This document shows positions 61,911 to 61,974 of a DNA stretch of 61,974 bases, in pieces. The notes below the pieces were generated by a model, which had not been told where the DNA came from, searched no databases, and saw nothing but the letters and a program-made list of their open reading frames with translations. The position numbers were made by a program, and so were the translations under genes. Each line of letters opens with the position of its first letter. Position 1 is the first letter of the stretch. The stretch comes from Negaprion brevirostris (Eukaryota): contig JARDVH010000193.1 of the NCBI GenBank assembly GCA_030324005.1, positions 70,981,974-71,043,947 on the forward strand, in the 5' to 3' direction.

Positions 61911-61974
61911 CAGGAGTAGGCCATCTGGCCCCTCGAGCTTGCTTTGCCATTCAATAAGATCATGGCTGATCTTT
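61889..61974 (-). mobile_element. CR1 LINE 3' terminus (continues out of the window)
   Basis: ataagaacataagaactaggagcaggagtaggccatctggcccctcgagc...ccattcaataagatcatggctgatc. Confidence 0.85.

Overview
Eukaryotic, repeat-rich vertebrate DNA, almost certainly from a shark (inferred from HE1/V-SINE-like tRNA-derived SINEs, SacSINE1/DeuSINE-like elements, CR1 LINEs, Penelope-like elements and Harbinger remnants). The assembly is a draft with many N gaps, several of exactly 10 or 100 N. The only host gene I can support is a minus-strand TMEM182-family gene (claudin/PMP22-like tetraspan). Four phase-compatible GT-AG coding exons (55047-55167, 52070-52162, 49204-49341, 34857-35083) splice to 192 aa plus stop; the first coding exon was not found and probably lies beyond 61974. 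The rest is intron or downstream intergenic DNA full of decayed TEs, and nearly all ORFs in the supplied track are spurious. I found no convincing new biological system. The most notable unexplained structures are: a ~284-bp inverted repeat in the 5' intron; an inverted repeat with a perfect 34-bp non-SINE segment bracketing one coding exon; a cluster of short local duplications and inversions at 54.5-61.9 kb; a 20-bp double-octamer palindrome in a homeodomain-motif-rich intronic block; and decayed hammerhead-ribozyme cores in Penelope-like repeats. TE family names come from recalled motifs rather than a database search, and TE boundaries are approximate.
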